This document shows positions 1 through 13,000 of a DNA stretch of 64,000 bases, piece after piece. Source of the DNA: Cyanophora paradoxa CCMP329 (lineage: Eukaryota > Plantae > Glaucophyta); NCBI GenBank assembly GCA_004431415.1, contig QPMI01000057.1, forward strand, positions 87,869-151,868. The letters run 5' to 3'. How positions within the stretch are numbered: position 1 is the first letter of the stretch; every line of letters begins with the position of its first letter. The translations under genes and the position numbers were made by a program. A model generated the notes under the pieces. That model did not search any database, was not told where the DNA came from, and worked only from the letters and a program-made list of their open reading frames with translations.

Positions 1-1971
1 AGCTCCGAGCTCTGATCAAGGAGAGAGAATCAAATAGGAGGGCGAGAATGAGATGAGCGAACAAACACGCCTGAGAAATGAGGAGGACGATGCTCGATGC
101 CACTTCATCTCGCACAAACGTTCCTGCCTGCAAATGGTATTAAACGCATCTCTCGTGAAAAGTGGGATACGCAACCAGAGACATGACTCGGAAGATCGTG
201 TCGAGATGCCAGCGCTTGTTTGGAGCATACTTCTCCACGACTGTGCATATTTTTGCGACCAAGTCTGGCTTGAACTCGACATCGGCTACGACAAGATAGC
301 TCAGCATCTCTTTGACCTGCGCACCGAATCGCATCCGCGATTTCGGCAAAACGCTGCAGAGCAACGCACAAGTGCACGAATATTGCTCTCATTAACAAGT
401 GCGTATACAAGTTCCAGAGCACGCCGACGGATGGAAATATCCGGGTCCTGCGAACGAATTTTCTTTGAATCGATAAAGAAGGCTGTGACATGGGTTCAAC
501 AAACCTTCAGACAATCTACAATTGTCTGACGGTGCCTCTGCACCGCCTGCGTGTCGATGTTGACGACCTTCGAGAGAGTCTGAAGCGCAACATAGCTGCG
601 AGAGTGTCAGTGTTGAGCGCCTGGCGCCAACGAACAACACCCACCGAATGTTGTTGTCGCGATTTAGCAAAAATCGCCCAAGAATGTTGATCGCGAGAAC
701 CCTCAATCCACTCTCTGACTCTATTCCCATGATCGTTTGCACGCATTGGTACAAGATAGCATTTCCCGCATTCTTCGATGTCTCAGTGTTGGTTGCGACC
801 TGCTTCCAGTTAGCGGAAGTTGCCGACGTTGTCGGAGTTATGGACATACTTGCGCCAAGATATCGCTCATCTGATCGCTAGCCTCTGCATCACCCTTGCC
901 CAGGGTTTGGAGCAACAGCAGAAGCTTGACTTGCAGGAAAGGGTCACAGATTCCAGCAACATCGTGCTCAGGTTCGTATCCAGACAGGACCAAATTCTTC
1001 AAAATGCGAACAAGGTTGGGCACAAGCTGCACGTGACAGTAAGCATGTGAACGGTAGTAGAACTGCATAGATTGTGTAGAACTGATCGGTTGTTCGACAT
1101 GTGAGCCCAGAACCCAACTGACCTTCCGCAGTGGCGCAATCGCTCCTGGATTCGCTTGGCAGACCTCAAGCACCATCGACACACCCGTTCCGAGAACCGC
1201 GTGGTTCCTATCGTTCAGCAACGATGGAAGCCGCTCCAAGAAATTGTCTATCAGCTCTGGAACCTTTCTGAAGACACGAATTGCACAGAGTGCGGCCTGT
1301 CTTCATTGCTTAGGGGGGCATTTCTCCCAGGAGGGATTCATGCTAGGGCGCACCTTCTTTCGAAGGTACGGATTTGAGCTGCCCAGGAGCTTCTCCACTT
1401 CGGGGGCAAGGTCTCGCGCCATCTCTTGCGAGGAAATGTTGCCGAGCGCGGTCAGTGCAAGTCCGGCGATATACTGATTCGGATGATTCAAGTCGTTTTT
1501 GAGCGAGTTCGTAACCAGCATGAGAACTTCTTGGCGCTCGTCCAGAAGCAAGTTCAGTGCAAGATACCCTAAGCGCTTCTCAGGGAACGTCGGGGCCGCA
1601 ATGAGTTTGAGGCACTCCATCTGGCCGAACTGCGCTCAGAGGTAACGCGCACATGCGCACTTTATCCGTCAGCATGCTCTCACATCCAGCGCGCAGCTGG
1701 AGACGAACGGCGGTGTTGTAGCCCAGCATGTGGATGAACATAAGCTTGGCAACATTGCGGTGCCTGTACTCTGCCTCCTCCTCTTTGAACGAAGTCCGTA
1801 CCGCTGCGAGCTCTTTGGCAATTGTCGCGCGCTCTTCCGCCGCGGTTTTGCACGCCCGGACGCTCCGGATGAGGTCCCTGGAAGCGGCGGTGAGGTTCGA
1901 CGGTACAGCGTCCGCGTGTCTAGCGACCGCTTCAATGGACTGATTTCAACGTACCTAAGCCTCACCGACAT
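1..1971 (-). CDS. AP1G1: AP-1 complex gamma adaptin, multi-exon; 3' end runs off the left edge
   Basis: Spliced translation MSVRLR|[16 protein letters not shown]...[19 protein letters not shown]|[49 protein letters not shown]...[17 protein letters not shown]...[15 protein letters not shown]...[13 protein letters not shown] matches the gamma-adaptin N-terminus; GT-AG introns. Confidence 0.95.
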
Positions 1972-2137
1972 TGGGAAGGCGCGGTGCGAATGGATGGCAG
2001 TGTGTACGGTTACTCGTACCCGGACAGGGGGTACAGGCCTGATTCGCATTACAACTTTGAATCAGGCCCCCATGAGCATATTGATCAGAATCAAGTTCTG
2101 GATAGCTTATAATTAAGATCACAAGTTCAAGAAGCTA

Positions 2138-2470
2138 AGAATTACGACCGAGAAGCCCCAGGCAAACTTGAAAGCCCACACGTACCGTAGTACATGCACA
2201 CACGCACGATTACGTACCGTAGTACATGCACACACGCACGATTACGATCGCCCCGAATTACGATCGCCCCCCCGGTCTAGAATTACGATCGTCTGGGCTG
2301 CTGTTACGATCGGAAGAATTACGACCGCTAGAGCCATGGCCAGAGAAGCCCCTTGAAGGTCTAGCCTACCAGGCCAGTAGAATTACGATCGTCTGGGCGA
2401 TCGTCTGGCCATGGGCTGCTGTTACGATCGGAAGAATTACGACCGCTAGAGCCATGGCCAGAGAAGCCCC
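2138..2470. repeat. Local tandem duplications built on AGAATTACGA(C/T)CG
   Basis: gggctgctgttacgatcggaagaattacgaccgctagagccatggccagagaagcccc occurs twice (~2295 and ~2413); acgtaccgtagtacatgcacacacgcacgattacg occurs twice. Confidence 0.8.
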
Positions 2471-2935
2471 GCTTGCGGAACTTGCGCGGGGGGCTTCTGA
2501 GCGCGCTGGCGTTGCGCCGGGGTTTGCGCTATGCGCTTTGTTCGCGGAACTTGGCGGGCTCTGCCTTGGGCCTGAGCTGCGTCTTAACGAACACGCACGC
2601 GCGGGGCAAACGAGCGGCGCTTTAGCCTTGAGGCTTCAAATCGCTGATCAATTGCAGAGCCGTTGATCAATTGCAGATCCGCCATTCGGCCGATGCGCAC
2701 GTGCGCACGCGTGGAGAGCCCGCCACGTGTGCGTTCAGCCGCGTGCCGCGTGCCAGAACCGGTTCTCGTGGGCCGGGCGGGCGCCCGCAGCGGCTCTGCG
2801 CGCAGTTCGTCATTCGAAGGGGGCGTTCTGCGCTTCTGCGATGGCGATGGGAAGGTGCGCCGCCGCCGCCGCCGCGCGGCCGCGGGCCTTGCGATTCCTC
2901 ACCGCCCTCGTAGGAACCCCCCTTGCGATTCCGGG

Positions 2936-3563
2936 CCCTCGTAGTTTGTAGGAACCCCCAGGGGGAAGTTGCACGCCCCCCTTCAGAGGGCCCTGCCTGC
3001 GTCGTCCGCGGCTTCTCGCCCCCGTAGGTAGCACCGCCGCTTCTAGCCTGCGTTGTCCGCGGCTAGTATGCCAGTGTTATCAATGTGCATCATCATCGCG
3101 TCAGCTGTGTACATACTGCATGTACATATGCATGTTGGGCCGTGACCGGATCCGGAGGCTTGCAGAGCTTCAAAACCAAATCGAAGTGTCGATTACGATT
3201 AGCCGGGGTGCACGTGGGCGACTGAGCTTAGCTATATCCAGGTTCTCAAAGTCCCTACGCCCTGACATAGCATGTGGGGCCTTCACCCAGATTTGCTCGA
3301 GGAGTAGGGGCGCTGGAACTAGTAATATATATATATATATATATATATAGGTCGGTACCCGGTCGGACGTCTTTGATTACGATTACGATTAGGGGGGTGG
3401 GCGACTGAGCTTAGGTTGGACTCAGGGACGTCTTTGAATGCGATTACGATTTGGGCCGACGCGACGTCTTTGATTACCTCTTTGATGACGACGTGGCAGG
3501 GCCCTCTGAAGGGTGGCGCGCACTCGAGCTCCCCCTGGGTTCGAATTCCTACAACCTACGATG
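2936..3563. mobile_element. MITE-like element, repeat family B, with imperfect ~70-bp inverted ends
   Basis: 2936-3006 (ccctcgtagtttgtaggaacccccagggggaagttgcacgccccccttcagagggccctgcctgcgtcgtc) is an imperfect reverse complement of 3487-3563; 2939-3085 recurs almost identically at ~47999-48158. Confidence 0.55.
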
Positions 3564-3763
3564 GCCCACTGGGGCCGCCCCTGCCCCGACGCCCCGGCCC
3601 GCTGCGGGCCCGGCTGCAGACGAGCTAGAGGGGCCTGCTGGGGGCCGCGGGCCGAGCGGGTCCGGATCCGTACCCCCCATCGGGTGCAGTCGTCTGGACA
3701 CCACATTCACGGATCCCGGACGTCAACCATTGAACACCTCTCACGATTACGATAACGATTATA

Positions 3764-4022
3764 ATTAGGCCCTGAGGGGTTGGGCCTCTTTGATTCATGA
3801 TTACGGTTACGATTAGGCCCTCAGGGGCCTGAGGGGTTGGGCCTCTTTGATTCACGATCATGATCAGAGTCAGGGGCCTGAGGGGTTGGGCCTCTTTGAT
3901 TACGGTTACGATTAGGCCCTGCCAGGCTGAGGGGTTGGGCCTCTTTGATTACGGTTACGATTAGGTGCTGAGGGGTTGGCCGTCTGTGATTACGATTACG
4001 ATTAGGCCCTGAGGGGTTGGCC
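3764..4022. repeat. Minisatellite, ~35-45 bp unit GATTAGGCCCTGAGGGGTTGGGCCTCTTTGATTAC
   Basis: About six degenerate tandem copies are visible; related single units at ~26917 and ~31334. Confidence 0.85.
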
Positions 4023-4271
4023 ATGGGCGTCTTTTTGAACGCTGCTAGCTAGCCGGAAAGCGAAAGAGGAACTTGAAGCGGGCGCTCGAATCGGCGGAAG
4101 CTCGAAAGCGGATGAGAAAGCTCGAAAGAAGCAGAAGCCCTGATCATTATGATCACGGGATCTCGAACTTTGGAAAGTGGAATTCGCGAGCTGGACTTCT
4201 TTTGCTTGATCGTTCGTGGAGCACGTCTATTGCTTGCTTTCAATTTGCTTTAAATTTATTGCTTGCTCTTG

Positions 4272-4562
4272 GCTGACTCCATGTCGGGCCCCCAGGGCCC
4301 GTAGCTTTAGGGCCTTCCGCCACCGCCCCAACGCGACCCCCCCCGCCAAAAGACGCGATGCAGCACCACGCCGTGTGGGCACATGCAGCTCTAGCTTGCC
4401 AGAGTGTCCGCGGGGAGGCGCATTACTCCCCATTACTCCCCTCAGGGGGCCACACAGGGCCCGGCCGGCCAGCTCGCTGGTTGGCTGGGCCCAGTCGTGG
4501 TGGCCGCAGTGTACATCCCACACTTGTAGCCCGGATTTGCGTTTTTAGTACGTGACCAAATG
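4272..4562 (+). repeat. Dispersed repeat family A (~290 bp), abutting the TMCO1 stop codon
   Basis: ctgactccatgtcgggccccc...gtgtacatcccacacttgtagcccggatttgcgtttttagtacgtgaccaaatg; homologous to 32050-32304 and 47063-47362, and to inverted copies at 20721, ~31580 and 46365. Confidence 0.85.
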
Positions 4563-5413
4563 TTACATGGTATTCGCCTGCGCTGCACGCGGCTGGAAAC
4601 CAAAGAACTGTGTCGAGTATGAGTGAAGTACGATTCTTGGATGATGAGGCAGCACCTTTTGAATGCTTTGCCGGATACTCATGGAAGCCAAGACATATAT
4701 GAAGGTGGCGCTGCAATCCCGATAATCGCTCCCCAGTAAGCTCCTATGGCTGAGGCCTCGAACAAGTGAGAACGGCTCGAAGGGAAGCCGAGCGACAGTC
4801 TTTGCATCATACACTGAGTTCATCTAGGGGACGTGGTCAACCAAGAATCTGCGACAAATAAAGGTACGTACTGCAGTGAACACGGTGATCTGCTCGCCGA
4901 AACAATTAGCAGCAGGCTTACAAATACACCGGGGAACGCAGACCATAACAATAGCCAAGGCAAAATTCGATTTCATCTTCGACATCGTCATCTCGCGGTT
5001 CAGGTTCTTGAGCTCCTCTGCGCAGCTCACTAAGCGGGCATCAGAGCTCGCGCTTCGAACAAATCACGCGCCCTCAAACTGCGCAGACGTCAGCTCAGAC
5101 TAAGCGCGCAGAGAGGAATCGCAGCGCACCTTGTCGATGCGTTTTGCAGCGGACTTTTGCTTTGTAACGCTAACGGTGGCCTCCTTCCTCCGCTCCAGTT
5201 TGCTCGAGAGACCCGCGATCTGCTTCGTAAGACGGTTGTAGGAATCGGTCCTGCGAGTCGGTATCAGGCGTCGCATTCGGCGCTCGCGCTCGCTCGCATT
5301 CCATAGCGCATGCGAGGCGCGCCGCACCGGTAGATCAGGATCCACGACAAGAACTCACTCAGAATGGACGACAGGGCGGCAATGCCGACGACGGTCAAGG
5401 CGTCGATGAGCAT
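4563..5413 (-). CDS. TMCO1: TMCO1 (Oxa1/EMC3/TMCO1 family ER membrane protein), multi-exon
   Basis: MLIDALTVVGIAALSSILSEFLSWILIYR|TDSYNRL...EELKNLNREMTMSKMKSNF...NSVYDAKTVARLPFEPFSLVRGLSHRSLLGSDYRDCSATFIYVLASMSIRQSIQK. Confidence 0.93.
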
Positions 5414-5512
5414 CCTGGGCCCGCTAGAGAAAGGTACACCCCCAGCTCCTCGGCCGGCGAAGCGCTGTGCGCTACGCAGAGGGGGTATACGTAGAGATCG
5501 CTTGTGCAAGGG

Positions 5513-5545
<33 letters not shown>

Positions 5546-6467
5546 AGTTGTCAGAGCTATGTACACAGACGCACGCGTGCACGTACGCGTGCGCGCGCAT
5601 GCGTGCGCATGCACGTGCGTGCGCGTAATCGAAATCAATTTGCAAAATCCAGCCCGGGCCGGCCCCGGTCGGGCCCGACGTCGACTAACGTGTGCACCCC
5701 CCCCCCCCCCCCACCCCGCCCCCCCCGGGAATATTAAATAACGTCGACGTCAATTCAAATTTAAACGTTAACTCGGCGCGCGCGGAAAACTTTTGAACAT
5801 GGTGGCATCCGGTCGCGATGATCGGCAGCATCCGCAGCTCCGCCGGAGAGATCTAGAGACTCAGAGAGAGAGAGATCTATATATATAGATATATAGAGAG
5901 AGAGAATGTAGTAGACACTGCGCGTGACACATCCACGCCATGGCCAGCAATTGCAAGACTGGGTCACCGGGTATGACAAAGCCGCATGCACCGTGGCACA
6001 GAGGCCCCGAATGGAACGTATACGTACAACGCCCGGCCCGTCAGGGACCCACTAACGTGTCGATTGTGCTTTGGGCCTTCGGGTCCTTCGCCTTTCGTCA
6101 AAACCGTACAATTGCAACCGGCTTGGGCGTGTCTTATACATACTAGTACTCTTCTTCTTCTCCACTAACGTGGGGAGTGAGTGGAGCCTCATACCCCCCA
6201 CCTCATACTAACGTGGGGAGTGAGTGGACCCTGGGCCACCACCCCCAGGGCGCCTTGGGGCGGTGGCGGACTCCAGGAAGCCCCTAAAGCTTAATTTATA
6301 AGCTATGGGCCCTGGGGCCCGGGGGCCTGACATGGAGTAGCTATAGCTTAGCCTAGTATGACCAGGCCGGGAAACGATTAATATTACGATTACGATTAGC
6401 TATAGCTATAGTATTATACACATGTATTCAGGGGGCTGCAGCCAGCTGCAGGTTGCATGCAGCTGTC

Positions 6468-6678
6468 TTCCGGGCAAGGCCCGCACACTGTGACATCTGA
6501 TCTTTGGTCTTAAGCCTAGTAGATCACTTCCGGATCCATCTCGATTTGCCTACGCAGCTGAGCCCGGGCGAGACCGTGAACTGTGCCGTGGCGTTGCCTG
6601 GCCTCGCGGTCGCTGACCGAGGTCCCTAGCTAGCCAGAACAGCTAGCCAGATACTGCGATTGTGACGTCAAAATGCAC
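6468..6678 (+). repeat. Dispersed repeat family C (~200 bp), ending 15 nt from the ADA2 stop
   Basis: ctgagcccgggcgagaccgtgaactgtgccgtggcgttgcctggcctcgcggtcgctgaccg...gtgacgtcaaaatgcac; homologous to 9121-9320 and 27113-27298, and to an inverted copy at 36297-36340. Confidence 0.85.
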
Positions 6679-6693
6679 AGAGCTAGCGCTAGA

Positions 6694-8340
6694 CTAAGTT
6701 GAAAAGTCCAGCAGAGCCTGCAGCTGTGCTTGGGATAAACCGAGGGTGGAACACAAATTCTGCTCTATCTCTGATGTTTCAGAGATGTTCTCTGTTGGCG
6801 CTGTCGATGGAACAACCCGGTGCATCCCATCCCGGGCTCGTCGAGCAAATCTTGGCATCCGATAATCACCCCTTGAGCGCGACTCAAGTGGAAGATCAGC
6901 CCAAGTTTTGTATCCTCGCTCCCGATATCCCTGCAGGGCAAGTTTCAAATACTCATATGGGCGAAGCCATTCAGATGGCACACTTTCAACCTCTCTATGT
7001 CTGCTCGAAGTGCTCGTTCGGTGGCTAATGCTCGGACAAAATCCATGTGCGCCACTGGGTCATCAAAGAAACGCTGGCATGATTGCCTAAGTCAATACGA
7101 GTGACGACGAAAGCAAAGCATGTAACAAGCGACCTGGTATACACGTGCTCGAATGAAAGTATCTCGTTCTTCCTTCGAGAGACCACGGTCCCAAGCTCTT
7201 TGCTACGGTACACACATGAGATCGATTTGCAGCTCTGCATGAGTCGTACCTTTTTCATATCGAGCAATCCTCGAGCAAGAACAATCTCTACTCGACGTTC
7301 TCTCTCCATAACCTTCTGGTTATAGGCATGGAGAACACTAAGTTTCAAGTCTGCGAAATCAGGAGTTCGGCCCTTCAGTGCAATAACATCAAACGGTAGG
7401 ATATTCAGTACCTCGCTGAGCTGGTGTATCATCGGCTGTGAACATAATATCGGCAATGCATGTCTCAGCTTCAGTCTGGAAGCAGCCGTTAGTACAGAGA
7501 AATACAGTAGGAGTCGTATATACCTCGAAAGGGATGTCTTCGAATTCTCCTCTGCGCATCATGTATCCAGCAGACTCTAAAGCTACGGCCTGAGATAAGG
7601 TTAGCTGGATCGCTTTCATTTTGAAGGTTGGTGTCTTTGATGACCTTGGCCAATCGGCGAGGCTCAAGCCTCACAGCATCTGCTGCCCCGGATGCAACGG
7701 CGGTATTGCTGAATCCAGACACATCGTTTCCTGGTGCCGTGGTGTCCAGTGGTCTGCAAGGCTCTGTGTTCACCAATGGACTGCACGATATCTCCTGCTG
7801 TTCTGGGTCCTCTGAAGCTGCAGGCTGGAAGCCAGCAGGAGCCAGTTCACCACTGATGTCAGGCATTGGAGCACACGCTGAAGACAGATAAATGTTGGTA
7901 TAATGAGTAGCACACTGAGTTCGATCCTTTGATCGAACATGCTCGGCGATCTGCATGTCGTTATTGCATGAACTCCACGGGGAACGGAGATCTAGACTCG
8001 GACCTCACGCCAGTTGCCAAGCCCATACATTTCAATGCCCTGTTGGCCATTAGAGCAGGAAATTTTCGAAGGCAGACACTCAGACCTCCAAAAGAAGCAA
8101 TTCTTCATCAGTGCTCCAGCCGGACATCAACAGCTCGAAGTGCATGCCTTCGGCTGCAACTGAATAGTAGTCGTGAAATCGCTTGTGCGCTTCGAGCTCG
8201 GCGCCTTGTGCGAAGCAGCCGACGCAGAGGATCAAATCGCGGCACTCCGCGCATTTGACCCTCGGTTCGTTGGAGACATCGTCGTTACACGCCTTGCATG
8301 CGATGGCTGAGCGTAGAGCGACGGGATCTGCGCTCTCCAT
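6694..8340 (-). CDS. ADA2: Transcriptional adaptor ADA2 (ZZ zinc finger, SANT, ADA boxes), multi-exon
   Basis: CKACNDDV...RVKCAECRDLILCVGCFAQGAELEAHKRFHDY (ZZ); GWSTDEELLLLE...IAEHVRSKDRTQCATHYTNIY (SANT); GYMMRRGEFED; DLKLSVLHAYNQKVMERERR. Confidence 0.88.
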
Positions 8341-9120
8341 AGCACGCGACTCGCTGACTTGCTGAACGAGTTTTCAGTGCGGTTATGGTCGAAATAACGA
8401 CTTCATTGTTGTACGGACGTGCTAATGCAGATCGCTGGCAGACTCGCTGCCACTCGCTGCTGTGACTCGCAGGATAGTGGGGTACGCATACGCGAGTACT
8501 CAACGAACGAAGTTGAACGGTCACCGGGTTAACGTTGCAACGGGGCATGCATCATGGCATGTTAGCCCCTATGATGTTAAGATTGCAATTGCAGATCCGG
8601 GCCGGGGCTGTTATTTAAATTACATTCGAATTCGATCAGCGCCTGGGGCTTCGATTTCAGGCAAGCTCACGATCAGCTGCTAGCGCTGAGCCGACACCGG
8701 AAGCTTAAGGGCAACGTGCACACGTGTGCCTGCGCTTGCGCAGGCACACCTCCACAGCGAGCTCAGTTTAATCATTGAGGCTCAGTAGAGCCAGAAATTC
8801 AAGATCCAACAGGCTGTGAATTCTCATTCCAAGTACTAGTGGAAAGCTTAAGCCTAGGCCTGCATGTACGATGCTACAATTCGACCGGCGAACCGTGAAC
8901 ACTGCTAGCCAGACAATCTAGTAAGACATCGCATGTCGCATCAATACAAGGAGGCTGCTTCACAAGCCTTCACAGATGCAAGCCTGGCCCCTCGGCGATT
9001 TGGGGTTTGACGCTCTTTTGCAGGCGTGTGGCATGCACAGTAGCCGAGGCAAATAAAGAACTTAGCGGCAAACTGGGGCAGCATATTACTTCGATTTGGC
9101 CCTGGCGGGAACGGAGGAGC

Positions 9121-9320
9121 CTCCGGGCAAGGCCCGCACCTTCGCATCTTTTGATCTTAAACCTAGCACTAGAGCACTTCGATTTCGACTTGCCTTCGCA
9201 ACTGAGCCCGGGCGAGACCGTGAACTGTGCCGTGGCATTGCCCGGCCTCGCGGTCGCTGACCGCGGACCCTCGCTAGTCAGAACAGCTAGCCAGATACCG
9301 CGTGTCACGTCAAAATGCAC
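9121..9320 (+). repeat. Dispersed repeat family C copy, ending 15 nt from the HSBP1 stop
   Basis: Same core as 6468-6678; ends gtgtcacgtcaaaatgcac at 9320. Confidence 0.85.
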
Positions 9321-9335
9321 AAGCTTGGGGTGGCA

Positions 9336-9791
9336 TTACTTTCCCTCCTTCTCCTCGGCGCCAGCTTTCGAAGAACATCAGGCGCGGCACGCGTGCACGC
9401 ACACACCAACGAACCTTGAGCCATCAGTTCCCCTATCGATTTCTCGAGGTCGTCAATGCGCGCGCCCATCTCGTCAACTGAGCCGTGCGCAGTTTAGTAG
9501 GTCGAGCGGAAAAGAGCGACTGCAGGACGACTCACTGCGGCCCAGGATGGAGTCCGACATTTGCTGAAAACGCGATTGCTGTGCGCACGTCAGCCCAGGG
9601 TGAAGCTTGCCGGCGAAACACGCACCATCTGCTGAAGGAGGTTTTGAACCTGCACGGCAACGAAAGGGCGGCCGTGTCAGGTGGGCGCGGCGGCTTGCAG
9701 AGAAATGCACTGCCAAGGTTCTGGGGGTGGGGCGCACGAAAACGGTCAGGTCCTGCGTGTTGGTCGGGAGGTCTGCGTTCTCCTTCTCCAT
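9336..9791 (-). CDS. HSBP1: Heat shock factor binding protein 1, five small exons, not seen as one ORF in the track
   Basis: Spliced: MEKENADLPTNTQDLTVF|VQNLLQQM|QSRFQQMSDSILGRI|DEMGARIDDLEKSIGELMAQA|GAEEKEGK*, matching the HSBP1 consensus. Confidence 0.93.
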
Positions 9792-10011
9792 GTACTTTAT
9801 GTGCGAATTCGCTGTCCTGGCTCGGAGTCGTTCGCTGCTCACTGTCGCGCTGTCTTGTGTCCAACAGCTCGATATCTTGTACCCGTTACAGGGCCGCGGT
9901 CCCCAGTGTAACCGCACCGTGACCGACCGTCCTCGGCGCCGTGACACCTGTAACCGCCGCTCGCTGTACCAGCAGGGCGGCGAAGCGTTCGGCAAAGCGG
10001 TCGGCGGGGGG

Positions 10012-13000
10012 ATGGAGCCGGCTGTGCAAAGCGATCTGCGACTGCCGGACGATGCCACCACCCAGGACGCGACGACTCTCAATTCGCTAGAAGGAGACGC
10101 CGCCCAGAGCAGCCCGCGGCTGCAGACTGAGAGCGTCGACGATGCCGACTCCGACGCTTCCGAGAAGGAGTTGAGGCGTTCCATAGCACGGCATATCAGC
10201 GCAAATCAGCTGGCGAAGCTGGAGGACGTGATGCGGAGCGGGGCAAGGGCTGATTTCACCGGTGGGTTGTCGCGGCGCTCAGCGCGGGTAGCGGTTTGCT
10301 GATCCGCCCGTGATTTCGCAGTCGAAGGCGATCAGGAGGCTTCGCCAGTGCTGCTGTTCGCGCTGCGCAAGGCAAATCTGGATGCCGCAAGGCCCGTGTC
10401 CTGCCTCGGCGGTTGCAATTCGTGCGCGCTGAACTCGCGGTCTCGGCAGGACGCTGCTTTTTGGGAAACCTGACGGCGATGTTGGTGACCCTCTTCGATG
10501 CAAGCTCGACGCCACAGACGCTCGCGGCATCACGGCCCTCATGGTGCGCTCTTGCATCCGGTTTTGCGCAGCATCACTAACACAGCATGTACCAGTACGC
10601 GTGCGCAAGCGGGCTATACGAGTTCGCGGAGCTGCTGGTAGCGCTGGGGGCGAACCTGGCGTTGAAGGACCACGAGGGCCAGAATGCCCTCTTCCATGCG
10701 TTCATCAATCGGAAGGGCGAGGATTCGCTTGCCTTTTTCAAGCGCCTCTGCACGAAAGCGGCGCTGCTGCGGGTGCCGGATCCCGACGACGAGGTGCCCG
10801 TGGACAAGCTCTTGCTGGACCACGCCGAGCGCAACCGCCGTATGACTGTCCTCATGCTCGCATCCGCCGCCGGCGCCTACGCCTACGCCGAGTTCACACC
10901 GCCCCGCCCCGCATGGCGATTGCGCCCTCAATTCGAGACGCAGGGTGCTTGTCTGGAAGGGTGCCAACGTGCACGCCCGTGACGGCAACGGCGAGTCGGT
11001 CCGTCGCCCAGCACGCGGAACCCTTGTCGCGTGGCGCTGAAGGCGGGAGGGCGCAGGCTCCATTTCACGCGCTCAACAGCCAGGATCACTTTGAAAAGCT
11101 TCTCGAGTAGGGCCATGCCGCCGCAGCCGCCAGAGGCGGGCGCCGACGCAAGGGCGCAGGCTCTTCTACACGCCGGATGGGTACCTGCGGCTACACCAGC
11201 GGGATCGCAAGGGCGTCGACAAGCTGCTGCCCATGATGGAGGTCGAGGCGCGCCTCACCCCTCCCCCCACGGCCCGGGCATCTCCTCACCGATGTGCAGG
11301 AGGAACTGCGACCCGCCAAGTGGCCTGTCATGCATATCAAGTGCGGCCCGGGGATCGTTGGGCCTTTGCCGGCTGGCGGCCGAGCATTGCTGATGGCGCG
11401 GTAGGTATGCATTGAACGACAACTACCAGTCTCTCCTCTCCTATGCCGTCCGCAACCGTGCGCCCAGCTCCGCGCCGTACGATCCCGGCAAACACCGCCG
11501 CAGGCAAGGTCGATCAGGCCCGGATGCTGCTGGACAGGCGCGTGGGACATGGAAGGGCGGGGGCGGCGGGCTTCTGATCCCGCAGGGCAGGTACCAGCTT
11601 GACCCGGATTTCCACGACCGAGACGGACGGACGCCGCTGGTGTACGCCGCGCAGAACGCGAACGAGCACGGCCTCATGCTCGTGCGGTGCGATTCGTGGG
11701 GCGGACTGGCTTGTCCCTCGCCGACGGGCCTGCAGCATGCTCCTGCAGCCGGACACGTACCGCGAGAAGGTTCCCGCCAAGGACGATGACGGTGTGCCGA
11801 TCCTCGAGAAAGACGGGACGCCAAAAATGGTGGACGAAGTGAAGACCCGGTGGAAGACGGCGGACACCAAGAAGCGCGACTTGTGCGCCTCCTGCCGCCT
11901 GCCGCCCGCCGCCGCCAGCTGACGGGCCGCAGCTTCGGGGTTACCGCGCTGCAGGTCGCCCTCGAGAACCAGAACATTGCCTGCGCCCGTGAGCTTCTTG
12001 GCGGCGGCGGTGAGGGTGGGCCTACTGCTGGCATTGACCCAGCTATGCAGGGTGCGGCCTCTAGCCCGCCTCTGTACATGTTGCCTCCTGAACTCATCCA
12101 CAGATATCCTTCGTACCATCGTGTACCCTGGGTGGGCGGCAATCCTTAGCCTTGTCGCGCCGAGTCAGCTGAGCGGCGACGCAGGGGCAAGACGCCGCTG
12201 ATGAACTGCGTGGGGAAGGAGGGGGCCCTGGGTCTCACCAAGGAGCTCCTGAACGCCCGTGTAGACGTCAACGCCAGTACGTACACGCGCACCCGGCGAC
12301 CCTCACGTCGCGCGGGCTGAAGGCGGGCGCGTAGGAGACGTGAATGGGCGGACGGCGCTGATGTACGTTGCGGTGCGTGGCGATCTTGAGGACCAGAACT
12401 ACGAGGAGTCACGCACCACCCGCTCCCTCGTCAACGCCTCAGTCAAGGTCTACGACCGCGACTGCGACGGCCGCACTGTCTGCCCCGCCCTGCCCCGCCC
12501 GCCCCATGCCGCCGCTGACATAAGTGTAGGCGCTGCATTTCGCGGCGTTCAACATGGTGAAGAGGCAGGAGTTCAAGGGGGCGGAGTTCCTTACGACGCG
12601 CATTGACGTGATCAAGGAGCTCGTGACGACGGCCCGCGACCTCCCCGGCGTCCTGGACGACTCGGACCGCCCGCCCCTCACCTACGGTCCGACCCTGCCC
12701 CGCCCCGCCCGCCGCCGACGTGGGCATCACACTCGCTCCTCCAGCAATCTTCTGCCGACCGGGACGCGGCCGGCCGGCGCTCCCTGACTACGCGGCCATG
12801 GCGGCGGCGGTGACGGAGGCGCGCGGGGCGGCCAAGGCGGAGGAGGCAGCGTCGCAACGGGCGCTGCCGGCGGCCGAGGGCTCCCTCGAGGCCATAGCCG
12901 CCGAGCTGCACGCACGGCACCCCGAGGGCCGCCTCGCCCGGCGCTCCAGCTCCGTCGCCAAGGTCGCCTCCATCCCCGACCGCGTCCTCCTCTCCCGCGC

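Noticed and set aside
3764-4022. Interstitial telomere repeat
   Set aside because: The unit is a ~40-bp minisatellite, not a tandem TTAGGG or TTTAGGG run
5511-5544. Long G/C homopolymers (also 13452-13479, 13755-13780, 42775-42801) as a special system
   Set aside because: Simple tracts in introns or intergenic DNA; lengths are unreliable in assemblies and nothing else supports a function
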